Part shown: piece after piece, positions 1 to 9,170 of the stretch | How the letters are laid out: each line of letters begins with the position of its first letter | Numbering within the stretch: position 1 is the stretch's first letter | NCBI GenBank assembly: GCA_963933835.1 | Contig: CAWVVV010000006.1 | Location: 1-64,000, forward strand | Direction of reading: 5' to 3' | Length of the DNA: 64,000 nucleotides | Origin: an uncultured Puniceicoccaceae bacterium | Lineage (GTDB): Bacteria > Verrucomicrobiota > Verrucomicrobiia > Opitutales > Oceanipulchritudinaceae | Notes under the pieces: generated by a model | The model's input: only the letters and a program-made list of their open reading frames with translations | What the model was told of the DNA's origin: nothing | The model's database searches: none | Translations under genes and position numbers: made by a program

Positions 1-623
1 GACTGCTTGGCGTGGGTGAGGATCTCAGACACTACATTCACGTAGTTCTTAATCGAGCGTGCGGAGAGTTCAAGGTCTTGGAGCCACGCTTTGAGGTCAG
101 GGGCGGTGAGGTCTCTGACAAGGCTATCCCCAAAGAAGTCTGCAAATCGCTTCGAACGATTTCGGAAGTCTGAAACGCTTCGTTCTCTCAATTGGCCCTT
201 CGCCTCGCGTGCCTCCTTTGAAGCGACCATCTCACCCACAAGTTGAGCGATGGTCTTTTCGCCTCCATCTGGACGTAACCGGGGGAGGGCAAACTCAATC
301 GCCTCTCGCAGGCTCAGGTTCTTCTCTCTGAGGAGGGGAAGGGCTTCGGTGAATTCGCGGCGTTCGTTGGCAGTGGCTTTGAAGTATTCCTCACCCTGCT
401 TTTTGGCTCCTCTGAATTCATCGGTGGCATAGCGTTCAGCTTCGGCCTTAGTTTTGAATTGGCTGCGTTTCCTGCCAGTTCCTGTCACCTTGGCGGGAAC
501 GGTTACCGCGAAGGAGCCTCCAAAGGCTTTCCCTCCGTGAGTATTTACGATCTCCCGAATGTAGATTTTCGAGTTTTTTGGGCATTCCCACTTATCAAGC
601 CCATTGGCAGCGGTTGCTTTCAT
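1..623 (-). CDS. Tyrosine recombinase / phage-type integrase, N-terminal part (runs off the window)
   Basis: Not in the ORF track. Manual translation from ATG at 623 is open to base 1: MKATAANGLDKWECPKNSKIYIREIVNTHGGKAFGGSFAVTVPAKVTGTGRKRSQFKTKAEAERYA...FGDSLVRDLTAPDLKAWLQDLELSARSIKNYVNVVSEILTHAKQ. This has an arm-binding-like 'RKRSQFKTKAEAE' segment and a core-binding (SAM-like) domain, and it lies immediately 3' of a tRNA. The catalytic domain is outside the window. Confidence 0.75.
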   Translation of the reverse strand, partial: MKATAANGLDKWECPKNSKIYIREIVNTHGGKAFGGSFAVTVPAKVTGTGRKRSQFKTKAEAERYATDEFRGAKKQGEEYFKATANERREFTEALPLLREKNLSLREAIEFALPRLRPDGGEKTIAQLVGEMVASKEAREAKGQLRERSVSDFRNRSKRFADFFGDSLVRDLTAPDLKAWLQDLELSARSIKNYVNVVSEILTHAKQ

Positions 624-718
624 GGGCACAACACTGCCACTGCGTGCATCGGAAAGCAAGGAAAAGACAGGAATCCGACAGGAATAATACTCTATCGACC
701 TGAAAGGCGCATAGAAAG

Positions 719-809
719 TGGCGGAGAGAGCGGGATTCGAACCCGCGATACCCTTTTGGAGTATACTCCCTTAGCAGGGGAGCGCTTTCGACCACTCAGC
801 CATCTCTCC
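719..809 (-). tRNA. tRNA-Ser(GCT)
   Basis: Reverse complement GGAGAGATGGCTGAGTGGTCGAAAGCGCTCCCCTGCTAAGGGAG...GGGTTCGAATCCCGCTCTCTCCGCCA. Long variable arm, GCT anticodon, encoded CCA. Confidence 0.97.
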
Positions 810-919
810 GGAGTGGAAAAAATTAAAGGCGGGACATTCGCGGATGGGGGTAGGCTGGGCAACCATTTTCTATCCGTAAATTTGCTCAGCGTGAAACGAC
901 TGAGTTGAAGCAGCGCGAT

Positions 920-1882
920 TTAGACCGGCAGTGCTTGAAGAGCGGCTTCTGGAGCGGTCTCGTTGATCTCGAAAAATGGGTTGCGAGTGAGGAGGCGAAC
1001 GTGGGGAAATCTGAGCGTGAGCCTTTTGCCTTCCCTCGTTTGAAGGGTGCCTCCTTGGGCTTCGATATCTTTGCAGGTATCGGCTAGATCCCGAACGAGC
1101 TCCGTTGGCTTCGAGCCAGTGGTGGGGGAGGCTGTATCGTTTTTCGGATTTTCAAGAAATTGGGTGACGAGCGCGAGCAGGGGTTGGTCCTTTGTCTCGA
1201 TCGAGAAGGCGACTTCATTCATCTGCGGGTTTTCGATCTGCAGGCAAATGACAGAGCCGGCAGGGGAGCGTTCGACGGTTGTTCGGATCAGGCGATCGAC
1301 GATTGTGTGGCAACTGTTTTGGTCGGCCCAAATGCGCGGGCGACTGTCGCCGATGAGGCGAAGCTCGATGCCTTTTTGAGAGGCTTGGATCTCATTGAGC
1401 GAAATGACTTGGCGCAAAAGCGCGTTGAGTTCGATCGGTGATCGGGTTGTGCGTTCGAGAGCGACTTGATCGGAGCGCGCATCGTCAACTTTCTGCACTT
1501 GGATCTGCATCGAAGCCAGAGCGTCTGCTGCGAGACCAAAGAGGCTCTGAAAGACGGCTGGGCTGGGGGTGTGGTTTCCCTTTAGTTCGACTTCGAGGAG
1601 GTTGAAGACGGAATCGAGGGCATTGATCGGGTTGCGCAGTTCGTGCGCGATTTGTCCGATCGTGCGGCAACGATCGCTGTCGAGTTCGGTGAGGCGAAGG
1701 TTCTCTTTTTTCGCTTTTATGAGCTCTTTCTGAGCAGTGAAAAAGTTTTGCTGAAGAGCACGTAGGCGGCTTTCGGCTTCTTTGCGTCGGCACTTTTCCT
1801 GATGCTGTGCGCCTGCTCGCTGGCAATAGATGAGGGCGAAGGCCGCTAGGGCGAGAAGAGAGCAGAGGATGGGGAAAGTCAT
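920..1882 (-). CDS. Membrane-anchored histidine-kinase-like protein with degenerate ATPase domain
   Basis: N-terminal hydrophobic helix, coiled coil and H-box IAHELRNPINAL. The N-box reads IVDRLIRTTVERSP (no Asn), and no DxGxG or GxGL boxes are recognisable. Confidence 0.7.
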   Translation of the reverse strand: MTFPILCSLLALAAFALIYCQRAGAQHQEKCRRKEAESRLRALQQNFFTAQKELIKAKKENLRLTELDSDRCRTIGQIAHELRNPINALDSVFNLLEVELKGNHTPSPAVFQSLFGLAADALASMQIQVQKVDDARSDQVALERTTRSPIELNALLRQVISLNEIQASQKGIELRLIGDSRPRIWADQNSCHTIVDRLIRTTVERSPAGSVICLQIENPQMNEVAFSIETKDQPLLALVTQFLENPKNDTASPTTGSKPTELVRDLADTCKDIEAQGGTLQTREGKRLTLRFPHVRLLTRNPFFEINETAPEAALQALPV

Positions 1883-2048
1883 TTCGTAGGCAGTTGTGCG
1901 CCGGTCTTATGCGCCAGCGAGAGTGAGAAAAGGTGCGCCCTTCTTCGAGGACATGCCTGAGGCTGGCGTTGGCGCGGAGAGTGAGGGTTGCAGGACGGGA
2001 GGCATCGGATCTGGCGTGCTTCGGTGAGGTAGACGATTCACCTTAGAG

Positions 2049-2075
2049 AAATCGGAATGAGTGCCTTAGACTTTA
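2049..2075 (-). promoter_or_regulatory. Possible sigma28 (FliA)-type promoter upstream of the kinase-like gene
   Basis: Minus strand TAAA-N15-TCCGATTT versus consensus TAAA-N15-GCCGATAA. Confidence 0.35.
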
Positions 2076-2226
2076 ACAAAAAATTCATTGGCTCGGCCGC
2101 TCCCTTGAGAGTGTTGGCTGGATCGCCGTCCCTATGGGCGATTCGAAGCCCTTACATTTTTGAGAAATGCGAAAAAAGTCTTGTCTCTTCCTCGCGGGAA
2201 CGTCTTCTTCCAGCGTTTTTCAGAGA

Positions 2227-2302
2227 GCCGGATTAGCTCAGCTGGTAGAGCAGAAGACTCTTAATCTTTTGGTCCAGGGTTCGAATCCCTGATCCGGTAC
2301 CA
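2227..2302 (+). tRNA. tRNA-Lys(CTT)
   Basis: GCCGGATTAGCTCAGCTGGTAGAGCAGAAGACTCTTAATCTTTTGGTCCAGGGTTCGAATCCCTGATCCGGTACCA; cloverleaf with CTT anticodon. Confidence 0.97.
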
Positions 2303-2323
2303 GTTTAATTTTTAGTGGAGTTC

Positions 2324-2399
<76 letters not shown>

Positions 2400-2478
2400 T
2401 TTTTCCCCTCCTAAGTGTGAGGTGTGATTAAACCAAAGAAAATTTTTGAGGCTATTTCAGATCGCCTCGCTCTCGTCC

Positions 2479-2514
2479 TTGACAGTGAACAAATGAACAA
2501 ATAAACATCTGAAC
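2479..2514 (+). promoter_or_regulatory. lexA promoter (TTGACA-N17-TAAACA) overlapped by four 8-bp-period GAACA-like direct repeats (putative operator)
   Basis: TTGACA at 2479-2484. GAACAAAT / GAACAAAT / AAACATCT / GAAC start at 2487, 2495, 2503 and 2511. Confidence 0.6.
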
Positions 2515-2517
2515 CCT

Positions 2518-3153
2518 ATGAATGAGCTGACTGTGCGCCAACAGGAGATCCTCGGATACCTCACTCTTCACCAAAATGAATATGCCACATGGCCAAGCTT
2601 TCGTGAAATCAAGGCCCACTTCGGCTTCAATAGCACAAATGCCGTGATGGGCCATATCCGTGCCTTGGAGCGCAAAGGATACATCAGCCGCGTGCCCGGT
2701 CAGGCGCGCACCTTTCGGATCAATCTGGCGCTCGACGACGAGAGCGTTCCGGAGGAGTCCCTCGATGTCGTCGATATCCCCGTCTATGGGCATATCGCGG
2801 CGGGTTATCCTGATGGGGTAGAGCCAGCGGGGGCGATCGGTCGCCTCCAAATAGACGCCCAGACAGCAGGCATCCGGCGTTCGCGCCGCAATTTCGCTCT
2901 CCGCGTTCGAGGCGAGAGTATGGTGGGCGTTGGGATTTTCGACGGTGATACCGTTGTCATCGAACAAAGCGCTCCGAATGACGGTGATATCGTGGCAGCC
3001 CTGATTGATGGCGAGACGACGCTCAAGCGCTTCATTAATCGCCCCGGCCAGTCGCCCTACCTCAAGGCCGAGAACCCGAACTATCCTGAACTGCATCCGA
3101 TCGCGGAGCTCGTGGTACAGGGCGTCGCGCGGTCGGTCGTACGCAACTTGTAG
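2518..3153 (+). CDS. lexA: SOS transcriptional repressor LexA
   Basis: Winged-helix N-terminus (LTVRQQEIL...PSFREI...HIRALERKGYI), Ala-Gly cleavage site (IAAG), catalytic Ser (GESM) and Lys (TLKR). Confidence 0.95.
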   Translation: MNELTVRQQEILGYLTLHQNEYATWPSFREIKAHFGFNSTNAVMGHIRALERKGYISRVPGQARTFRINLALDDESVPEESLDVVDIPVYGHIAAGYPDGVEPAGAIGRLQIDAQTAGIRRSRRNFALRVRGESMVGVGIFDGDTVVIEQSAPNDGDIVAALIDGETTLKRFINRPGQSPYLKAENPNYPELHPIAELVVQGVARSVVRNL

Positions 3154-3262
3154 CAGTCAGTTTGAGCCCCAGTGAGAGCGGGTTCTCAGCGCGCCAGTTT
3201 TTCCTCACCTTTTCCATTGACGTAGGGGGGTGGATTTCCAGCCTTCACGTTCTCCTTAAACG

Positions 3263-3342
<80 letters not shown>

Positions 3343-3553
3343 TTTTTTCCATCAGTCGTTTGAACTACGACGCAAGCTAGATAAATGACTTTTTGAGCTC
3401 TAGGAGCGGCTTTTTTTGTACCTAAACAAGCCTACCACAACGGCAGGTGAAGACCTCTGAGCTCTAGGCTAGAAATACCTCGAACGACGAATGATTTGTT
3501 CCGCTGCCTAAAGTAACCCGCAGGCTATTGCCGGCTCGGTTCGGCTCGGCACT

Positions 3554-4048
3554 ATGTCAACAGCACCTATGGCAACTGTAGAACTATCTATCAATGGCAC
3601 CTCGCATCGATTCGAAGGCGTCAACCCCTCGACACCACTTCTGTGGGTCATCCGTGATGAGGCAGGCCTTGTCGGAACGAAATTTGGCTGTGGCAAAGCG
3701 CTCTGTGGCGCCTGCACGGTGCACTTGAATGGCAATCCCGTCCGCAGCTGTATTCTGCCTGTGATTGCCGCCCAAGGCCAAGAGATCACTACGATCGAAG
3801 GTCTCGCCGACGAGGATGGCACACTCCACGCGCTACAGAAGGCATGGATCGAGCACGACGTTCCTCAGTGTGGCTACTGCCAAGCAGGTCAGCTCATGAG
3901 TGCCGCAGCGCTCCTCGAACGTAATCCAAAGCCTACTGACGACGATATCGACGCCGCCATGTCGGGTAACCTCTGCCGCTGTGGCACCTATCAACGTATC
4001 CGCAAAGCAATTCACAGTGCAGCCGAGAAAGGAGCTCAATCAGTATGA
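3554..4048 (+). CDS. (2Fe-2S)-binding small subunit of an isoquinoline 1-oxidoreductase/aldehyde dehydrogenase (IorA/CoxS family)
   Basis: [17 protein letters not shown] and QCGYCQAGQ...NLCRCGTY motifs. Confidence 0.93.
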   Translation: MSTAPMATVELSINGTSHRFEGVNPSTPLLWVIRDEAGLVGTKFGCGKALCGACTVHLNGNPVRSCILPVIAAQGQEITTIEGLADEDGTLHALQKAWIEHDVPQCGYCQAGQLMSAAALLERNPKPTDDDIDAAMSGNLCRCGTYQRIRKAIHSAAEKGAQSV

Positions 4049-6330
4049 AGAACAGCACTTTTGATGACGGTATCCCTGGGGTTGATTTTCCTGAGTTCCT
4101 TACCGAGAAGCATCGCAGACAAGCTGCGGGCTCTTCGGCCCTCAGTCGTCGCCATTTTCTAAAGCTCGGTGGTTTAGCGGGCGGCGGTCTTGTTCTCGCC
4201 CTAGGCCTCAGCCGTCCAACGCAAGCAGTGGCAGCGGAGGCTGACGCTGAGAGTGCGGGCAGCGATGGGGCGTTTGCTCCCAACCCATTTCTTCAGATCA
4301 CGGCGGATGGCACGATCATCCTCTTTGCAACGAATCCAGAAATTGGCCAAGGGGTGAAAACGACCCTTCCAATGATCCTCGCGGAGGAGCTCGATGTGCC
4401 GTGGGAAAGTGTCGAGGTGCGGCAAGCGGCTATCGGAAAAGAATTTGGCAACCAGTCCGCTGGTGGCTCGCGGTCAGTCCCGACGCGTTGGGACGGCCTC
4501 CGCGTCGCCGGTGCCACGGCGAAAGCGATGCTCCTGTCTGCCGCCGCGAAAGAGTGGGGCGTGCCCGAGAGTGAATGCGAAGCGAGCGCAGGTTTTATCA
4601 GTCATTTGCAGTCCGGACAAAAGGCGGCCTACGCGGATCTCGCTACCGCTGCTGCTGCGCTGCCCGTGCCGGAGCCAGGTTCGCTCACTTTGAAGTCTCG
4701 CAGCGACTACAAGTTGCTCGGTAAACGGATTGGCGGGGTGGACAATGAAGCTCTTGTCACCGGGAAACCACTCTTTGGCATCGACCAAAGTCTGCCGGGG
4801 ATGCTCTACGCTGTTTACCTGAAAAACCCCGCCCACTACGGCGAGATCGAATCGGTAGATTTGGCTGCAACCAAGGCGCTTCCAGGCGTGACAGATGCCT
4901 TTGTCGTCGAAGGTTCCGGTGGACCCAATCAGCTTGCTACTGGCGTCGCGATCGTCGCTGAGTCGACATGGGCTGCGTTTGAAGCGGCCAAGGCCGTCGA
5001 CATTCAGTGGGATCGCTCAATAAACACCGAGAGTTGGTCTGGCTTTGTTGCCGAAGCCGAAGCGAAGAAGAACGACCCTCAAAAAGTTGTTATGGAGCAA
5101 GGCGATCTCACAGCCGCCTATGCTGAAGCTTCCCAAACTGTCGAAGCAACTTATGTGTATCCATTTCTTGCGCACGCTACTTTGGAACCTCAGAATTGCA
5201 CCGCATGGTTCCACGACGGGAAAATGGAAATCTGGGCACCGTCGCAGACTCCGCAATCAATAGGGCCCCTCGTTTCGCGGGTTCTTGGATTGGATCAGGA
5301 AAATGTGGTGACTCATCAACTACGTATAGGTGGCGGTTTCGGGCGCCGGCTGATGAATGACTATGCAGCCGAAGCGGCTGCGGTTGCTCACCGTGTGAAG
5401 GCTCCGATCAAGCTCGTTGCCACACGGGAAATGGATACCGCACATGACTTCTACCGCGTTGGCGGGGTTCATCACATTAAAGCTGCAGTCGATGCGAAGG
5501 GGAGTGTCTCAGCCTTCGAAGATCATTTTGTCACTTTCACGGAAAATCCAGAGCGCGGTCGACCCGTCCGCGGAGGTGGGATGAGGCCGAGTCTCTTTCC
5601 ATTCCCGATGGTAGCCAATAGCCGCCTCGCGGAGACACAGTTTAAGCTCAACACGCCATGCGGCTGGTGGCGGGCCCCCGGTTCTTGTTCACTCGCATGG
5701 GTCCTCGAGAGCACCCTGCACGAGCTGTCCACTGCTGCGGGTCGGGATCATCTGGAGTTTCTCCTTGAATTGATGGGAGAGCCTCGTTGGCTGAAAGAAG
5801 GAAACTACAATTCCCTGCACACGGGCCGAGCCGCCGCCGTTATCCGCAAGGCCGCAGAAGAAGGTAATTGGGGTGCGCCACTACCGAAAGGCAAAGGTCG
5901 TGGTCTTGCTTTCTATTTCAGTCACTCAGGCTACTTCGCCGAAGTTGCTGAGGTTTCGGTCGATGCCGTGAAGAAGGTGAAAGTCGAGCGCGTGGTTGTC
6001 GCGGGTGACGTGGGGATGGTTCTCAATCTCAGTGGTGCTGAAAACCAAATTGAGGGTTCGGTGATGGATGGCCTCAGTGCGATGGCCGGACAGTCGCTCT
6101 CGATCGAAAACGGAGCCGTCCAAGAAGGTAATTTCGATCGCTACCCACTTTTGCGCATGAGCTCTACTCCGAAAGTCGAAGCCCACATGATCGAAACAGA
6201 CTATGATCCCACCGGACTTGGTGAACCCGCCTTTCCGCCGCTCGCACCTGCCGTCTGTAATGCGATTTTTGATGCCACGGGCACTCGCATCCGACAAATG
6301 CCGCTCAGTGCACAGAGTTTTAGCGTCTAG
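4045..6330 (+). CDS. Molybdopterin-binding large subunit, xanthine dehydrogenase family (IorB-like), Tat-exported
   Basis: Twin-arginine motif SRRHFLK; EIGQG, GGGFGRR, WWRAPG and GLGEP motifs. Confidence 0.92.
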   Translation: MKNSTFDDGIPGVDFPEFLTEKHRRQAAGSSALSRRHFLKLGGLAGGGLVLALGLSRPTQAVAAEADAESAGSDGAFAPNPFLQITADGTIILFATNPEIGQGVKTTLPMILAEELDVPWESVEVRQAAIGKEFGNQSAGGSRSVPTRWDGLRVAGATAKAMLLSAAAKEWGVPESECEASAGFISHLQSGQKAAYADLATAAAALPVPEPGSLTLKSRSDYKLLGKRIGGVDNEALVTGKPLFGIDQSLPGMLYAVYLKNPAHYGEIESVDLAATKALPGVTDAFVVEGSGGPNQLATGVAIVAESTWAAFEAAKAVDIQWDRSINTESWSGFVAEAEAKKNDPQKVVMEQGDLTAAYAEASQTVEATYVYPFLAHATLEPQNCTAWFHDGKMEIWAPSQTPQSIGPLVSRVLGLDQENVVTHQLRIGGGFGRRLMNDYAAEAAAVAHRVKAPIKLVATREMDTAHDFYRVGGVHHIKAAVDAKGSVSAFEDHFVTFTENPERGRPVRGGGMRPSLFPFPMVANSRLAETQFKLNTPCGWWRAPGSCSLAWVLESTLHELSTAAGRDHLEFLLELMGEPRWLKEGNYNSLHTGRAAAVIRKAAEEGNWGAPLPKGKGRGLAFYFSHSGYFAEVAEVSVDAVKKVKVERVVVAGDVGMVLNLSGAENQIEGSVMDGLSAMAGQSLSIENGAVQEGNFDRYPLLRMSSTPKVEAHMIETDYDPTGLGEPAFPPLAPAVCNAIFDATGTRIRQMPLSAQSFSV

Positions 6331-6351
6331 ACTTTTGGATACTGTAAGCTG

Positions 6352-7407
6352 ATGCATGCTCTCTGGCCCCAGATAGAAACTTGGATCGACAATGGCAGGC
6401 GCTTCGCCCTCGCAACCGTTGTTGCGACAGAAGGAAGTAGCCCGCGCGAAGTGGGCTCTGTCATGGCGATCGATCCAGTCGGACCCCACTTTATTGGTTC
6501 CGTCAGTTCTGGCTGTTTGGAAGTCGAGGTCATCGAAGCGGCGAATGAAGTGATTGAGCTTGGACGTGTTCGCTATTTCCACTTCGGCCCTGAAAATACG
6601 GTCCTTTGGGATGATGGCCTGACCTGTGGGGGACGCGTTAAAGTGCGCTTGGAACCTTGGATGGGGCTGGCGCAGCGCGGACTATACGAACCCGTCGTTA
6701 ATGCGTTAAGGAATTGGATACAAAATGACCGCTCGGGTGTAATCCTTAGTAGCGATTTGGAGCATATAGCCATCACCGCTACGGATGTGGTCGGCCCGGC
6801 TGGTAGTTGGTCGAATGCGATCATGGAGGATGCCTACACGCTTCTATCGGAAGCTATGCCTTCACGGGAAATTGAGGTTGATGAAAAAAATGTCTTTGCT
6901 CGTTCCATCCTGCCACGTCCTCGACTGTTTATCGTCGGTGCTGTGGAGGTTGCGATAAAGCTCGTCGAGCTTGCTAAAATTGCTCGCTGGAAAACGCTCG
7001 TCGCCGATCCGAGGGAAGCTTACACGCAGGCCAGTCGTTTTGAGCAGATGCCAGATGAACTCATCGAGGGCTGGCCGGAGACGGTGATCGATGGATTGAA
7101 TCTAGGTCCACGCGATGCCGCTATCGTTCTGACGCATGATCCAAAAATTGACGACGCCGCCCTGATCGAGCTCCTTGATACCCGTGTTGGCTATATTGGG
7201 GCCATGGGCAGTCGAAAGAGTCACGAGAGTCGCCGCGATCGACTTCGCGATGCTGGGATTAGCGACGAGCGCCTTGAGCGTATCGACGGCCCCTGCGGCC
7301 TTCATCTCGGCAGCGCAAACGCCGTCGGGATCGCGACAGGTATTCTTGCCGGTATTTTGCAGTGGCAAGCACGCGATAGTGCGAGTGATGCGGAGCCGCC
7401 GTTGTGA
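6352..7407 (+). CDS. XdhC/CoxI family Moco-insertion chaperone
   Basis: ATVVATEGSSPR...GSVSSGCLE, GLTCGG, THDPKIDD and YIGAMGSR motifs. Confidence 0.9.
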   Translation: MHALWPQIETWIDNGRRFALATVVATEGSSPREVGSVMAIDPVGPHFIGSVSSGCLEVEVIEAANEVIELGRVRYFHFGPENTVLWDDGLTCGGRVKVRLEPWMGLAQRGLYEPVVNALRNWIQNDRSGVILSSDLEHIAITATDVVGPAGSWSNAIMEDAYTLLSEAMPSREIEVDEKNVFARSILPRPRLFIVGAVEVAIKLVELAKIARWKTLVADPREAYTQASRFEQMPDELIEGWPETVIDGLNLGPRDAAIVLTHDPKIDDAALIELLDTRVGYIGAMGSRKSHESRRDRLRDAGISDERLERIDGPCGLHLGSANAVGIATGILAGILQWQARDSASDAEPPL

Positions 7408-7988
7408 ACCACGAAGACATCTCTGCTATCGTCCTTGCCGCAGGGCTCTCTCGCCGAGCGTTTCCAAGACATAAGCTCCTGATTGAGTACGAAGGGAAAG
7501 CGATCATCCGTTCCGTCGTTGAGGCTGTTTCTAGCATCGGCTTTGGGCAGACAATCGTCGTCGTCGGTCATGAGCGTGAACGTATCGAAGACACGCTCGA
7601 AGGGCTCGCCGTAAAGTTCGTCTTCGCGCCGGACTACGCTAAAGGGATGGGCCATTCTCTTGCCGCTGGAATCCGAACAGCGAAAGCATCGGCGTCAGGT
7701 TTGCTCATTACAGTCGGCGATCTGCCTTATCTGAAAGCGGAGCACATCAAAACCGTCGCTGATCACTTCATCGCCCACAAAGGTGAGCACCACTGCATCC
7801 CGACCTTTCAAGATCAGCCCGGTCATCCGGTCATTCTTGGCCCTTGGCTCCGCCCTGAATTAGAATCGCTCCATGGTGATGCCGGCGCCCGGCACTTGCT
7901 ACAAAGCCAAAGTGAGAGAAAGCGGATCGAATACGTAGAGGCAAAAAGCGTCGCTGCAGTTTACGACGTTGATCATGAGTGCAGCTAA
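7404..7988 (+). CDS. mocA: Molybdenum cofactor cytidylyltransferase (MocA-like nucleotidyltransferase)
   Basis: IVLAAGLSRR, GMGHSL, GDLP, GHPV and GDAGAR motifs; in the operon with an MCD-type hydroxylase. Confidence 0.85.
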   Translation: MNHEDISAIVLAAGLSRRAFPRHKLLIEYEGKAIIRSVVEAVSSIGFGQTIVVVGHERERIEDTLEGLAVKFVFAPDYAKGMGHSLAAGIRTAKASASGLLITVGDLPYLKAEHIKTVADHFIAHKGEHHCIPTFQDQPGHPVILGPWLRPELESLHGDAGARHLLQSQSERKRIEYVEAKSVAAVYDVDHECS

Positions 7989-8088
7989 ATGGCGCAGTGA
8001 TTGACCGAGTCGCATGTCGCATCGGTCTTATCCAAATAGGGGCTACCTATGTTCGCCCCGTTGTTTCAAGCGACGGCTGTCGCTTACT

Positions 8089-8613
8089 CTATCCCTCGAG
8101 CAGCTTGCTGATCTGTGGCAGGATGTCTTCGGGGTGGGCCCATTGTTCGTCAGCGGGCTTTTCGATCAGAACGTTTCCATCGGCGTCGAGGAGGATGAGG
8201 TAAGGGATGCCGCGAGCAGCGTGTTTGCGAAGGGGGGTGCTGCGGGTTTTAGCAAAATCGACGGCGAAGAAATTCATCTCTGCCCAATTCATGTATTCGG
8301 CCATCGCTGCGGCATCGCGATCACTGCTGACGAAGATGAGTTCAAATTCGGGATGCGCTTGGACCACTTCGTCGTAAAATTTTGAAAGTTTAGGGGTGAA
8401 GAGTCGGCAGGGTGGGCACCAGTGCGCTGAGTAATAGACGGCGATGTATTTTTTCCCTTCGAGGACGTCGGTCGAGGCCGCTTCGAACTCCTCGCCGGAA
8501 CGTTTTACGAGGGTTGCCGCGAGGTCATCGGCGAAGCTGGCGAGGGCGCTGTTTGCGAAGCTGAGAACGGCGCTCGTCAGGAGGAGTTTAAAAATAGTTT
8601 GTTTAGGCATCAT
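8089..8613 (-). CDS. Exported thioredoxin-like protein (nucleoredoxin/tryparedoxin type)
   Basis: Signal peptide, YYSAHWCPPCRLFTP, FELIFVSSD and GIPYL. Confidence 0.85.
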   Translation of the reverse strand: MMPKQTIFKLLLTSAVLSFANSALASFADDLAATLVKRSGEEFEAASTDVLEGKKYIAVYYSAHWCPPCRLFTPKLSKFYDEVVQAHPEFELIFVSSDRDAAAMAEYMNWAEMNFFAVDFAKTRSTPLRKHAARGIPYLILLDADGNVLIEKPADEQWAHPEDILPQISKLLEG

Positions 8614-8726
8614 TATAGTCTCGGTTATCTTCCAGTTTTTGCGAGTGATTCTGCTAAATAATGCATTCTATTCAAATTTCGCCAGCTGTGTGCCGATTTT
8701 TTAGTGTTTAATAGCCCAGTTCATCA

Positions 8727-9170
8727 ATGAACGGAAAAGACTTTAACGAGGTTGTGAGCCTCATTACCAAGCGGGACGATCGGTTCGATCGCGGAGCCTA
8801 CAATTTTGTCCGCGAAGCGCTTGACTATACGGTCAAGCAAGTGGGGCTGCAGCCAGATCAGCCGAGCAAGACAAAGCATGTCTCGGGGCGCGACCTGTGC
8901 GAGGGGGCGAAAGCTTACGCTCTGGAGCAATATGGTCCCATGGCGGGGAAACTTCTCGAAACGTGGGGAGTGCGCGCAACGGCGGATTTCGGTGAAATCG
9001 TTTATAATCTCGTCGAATTGCAGGTTTTTGGCACCCAAGAGGAAGATCGCCGGGAAGACTTTATCGATATTTACGATTTTAAGGATGCCTTCGAAAAGCC
9101 GTTTCTGCCGAATGGCCAAGGAGACGGCAGCGCAGAGTTGAATGAGGATACAGCCCCATCAAATGAGTGA
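8727..9170 (+). CDS. Planctomycetes/Verrucomicrobia conserved protein (Minf_1886 family)
   Basis: DDRFDRGAYNFVREALDYT, HVSGRDL and WGVRATADFGEIVYNLV pattern. Confidence 0.75.
   Translation: MNGKDFNEVVSLITKRDDRFDRGAYNFVREALDYTVKQVGLQPDQPSKTKHVSGRDLCEGAKAYALEQYGPMAGKLLETWGVRATADFGEIVYNLVELQVFGTQEEDRREDFIDIYDFKDAFEKPFLPNGQGDGSAELNEDTAPSNE

Noticed and set aside
1907..2005. 32-aa minus-strand ORF (MPPVLQPSLSAPTP...) upstream of the kinase-like gene
   Set aside because: No recognisable motif, and it could be chance in GC-rich sequence.
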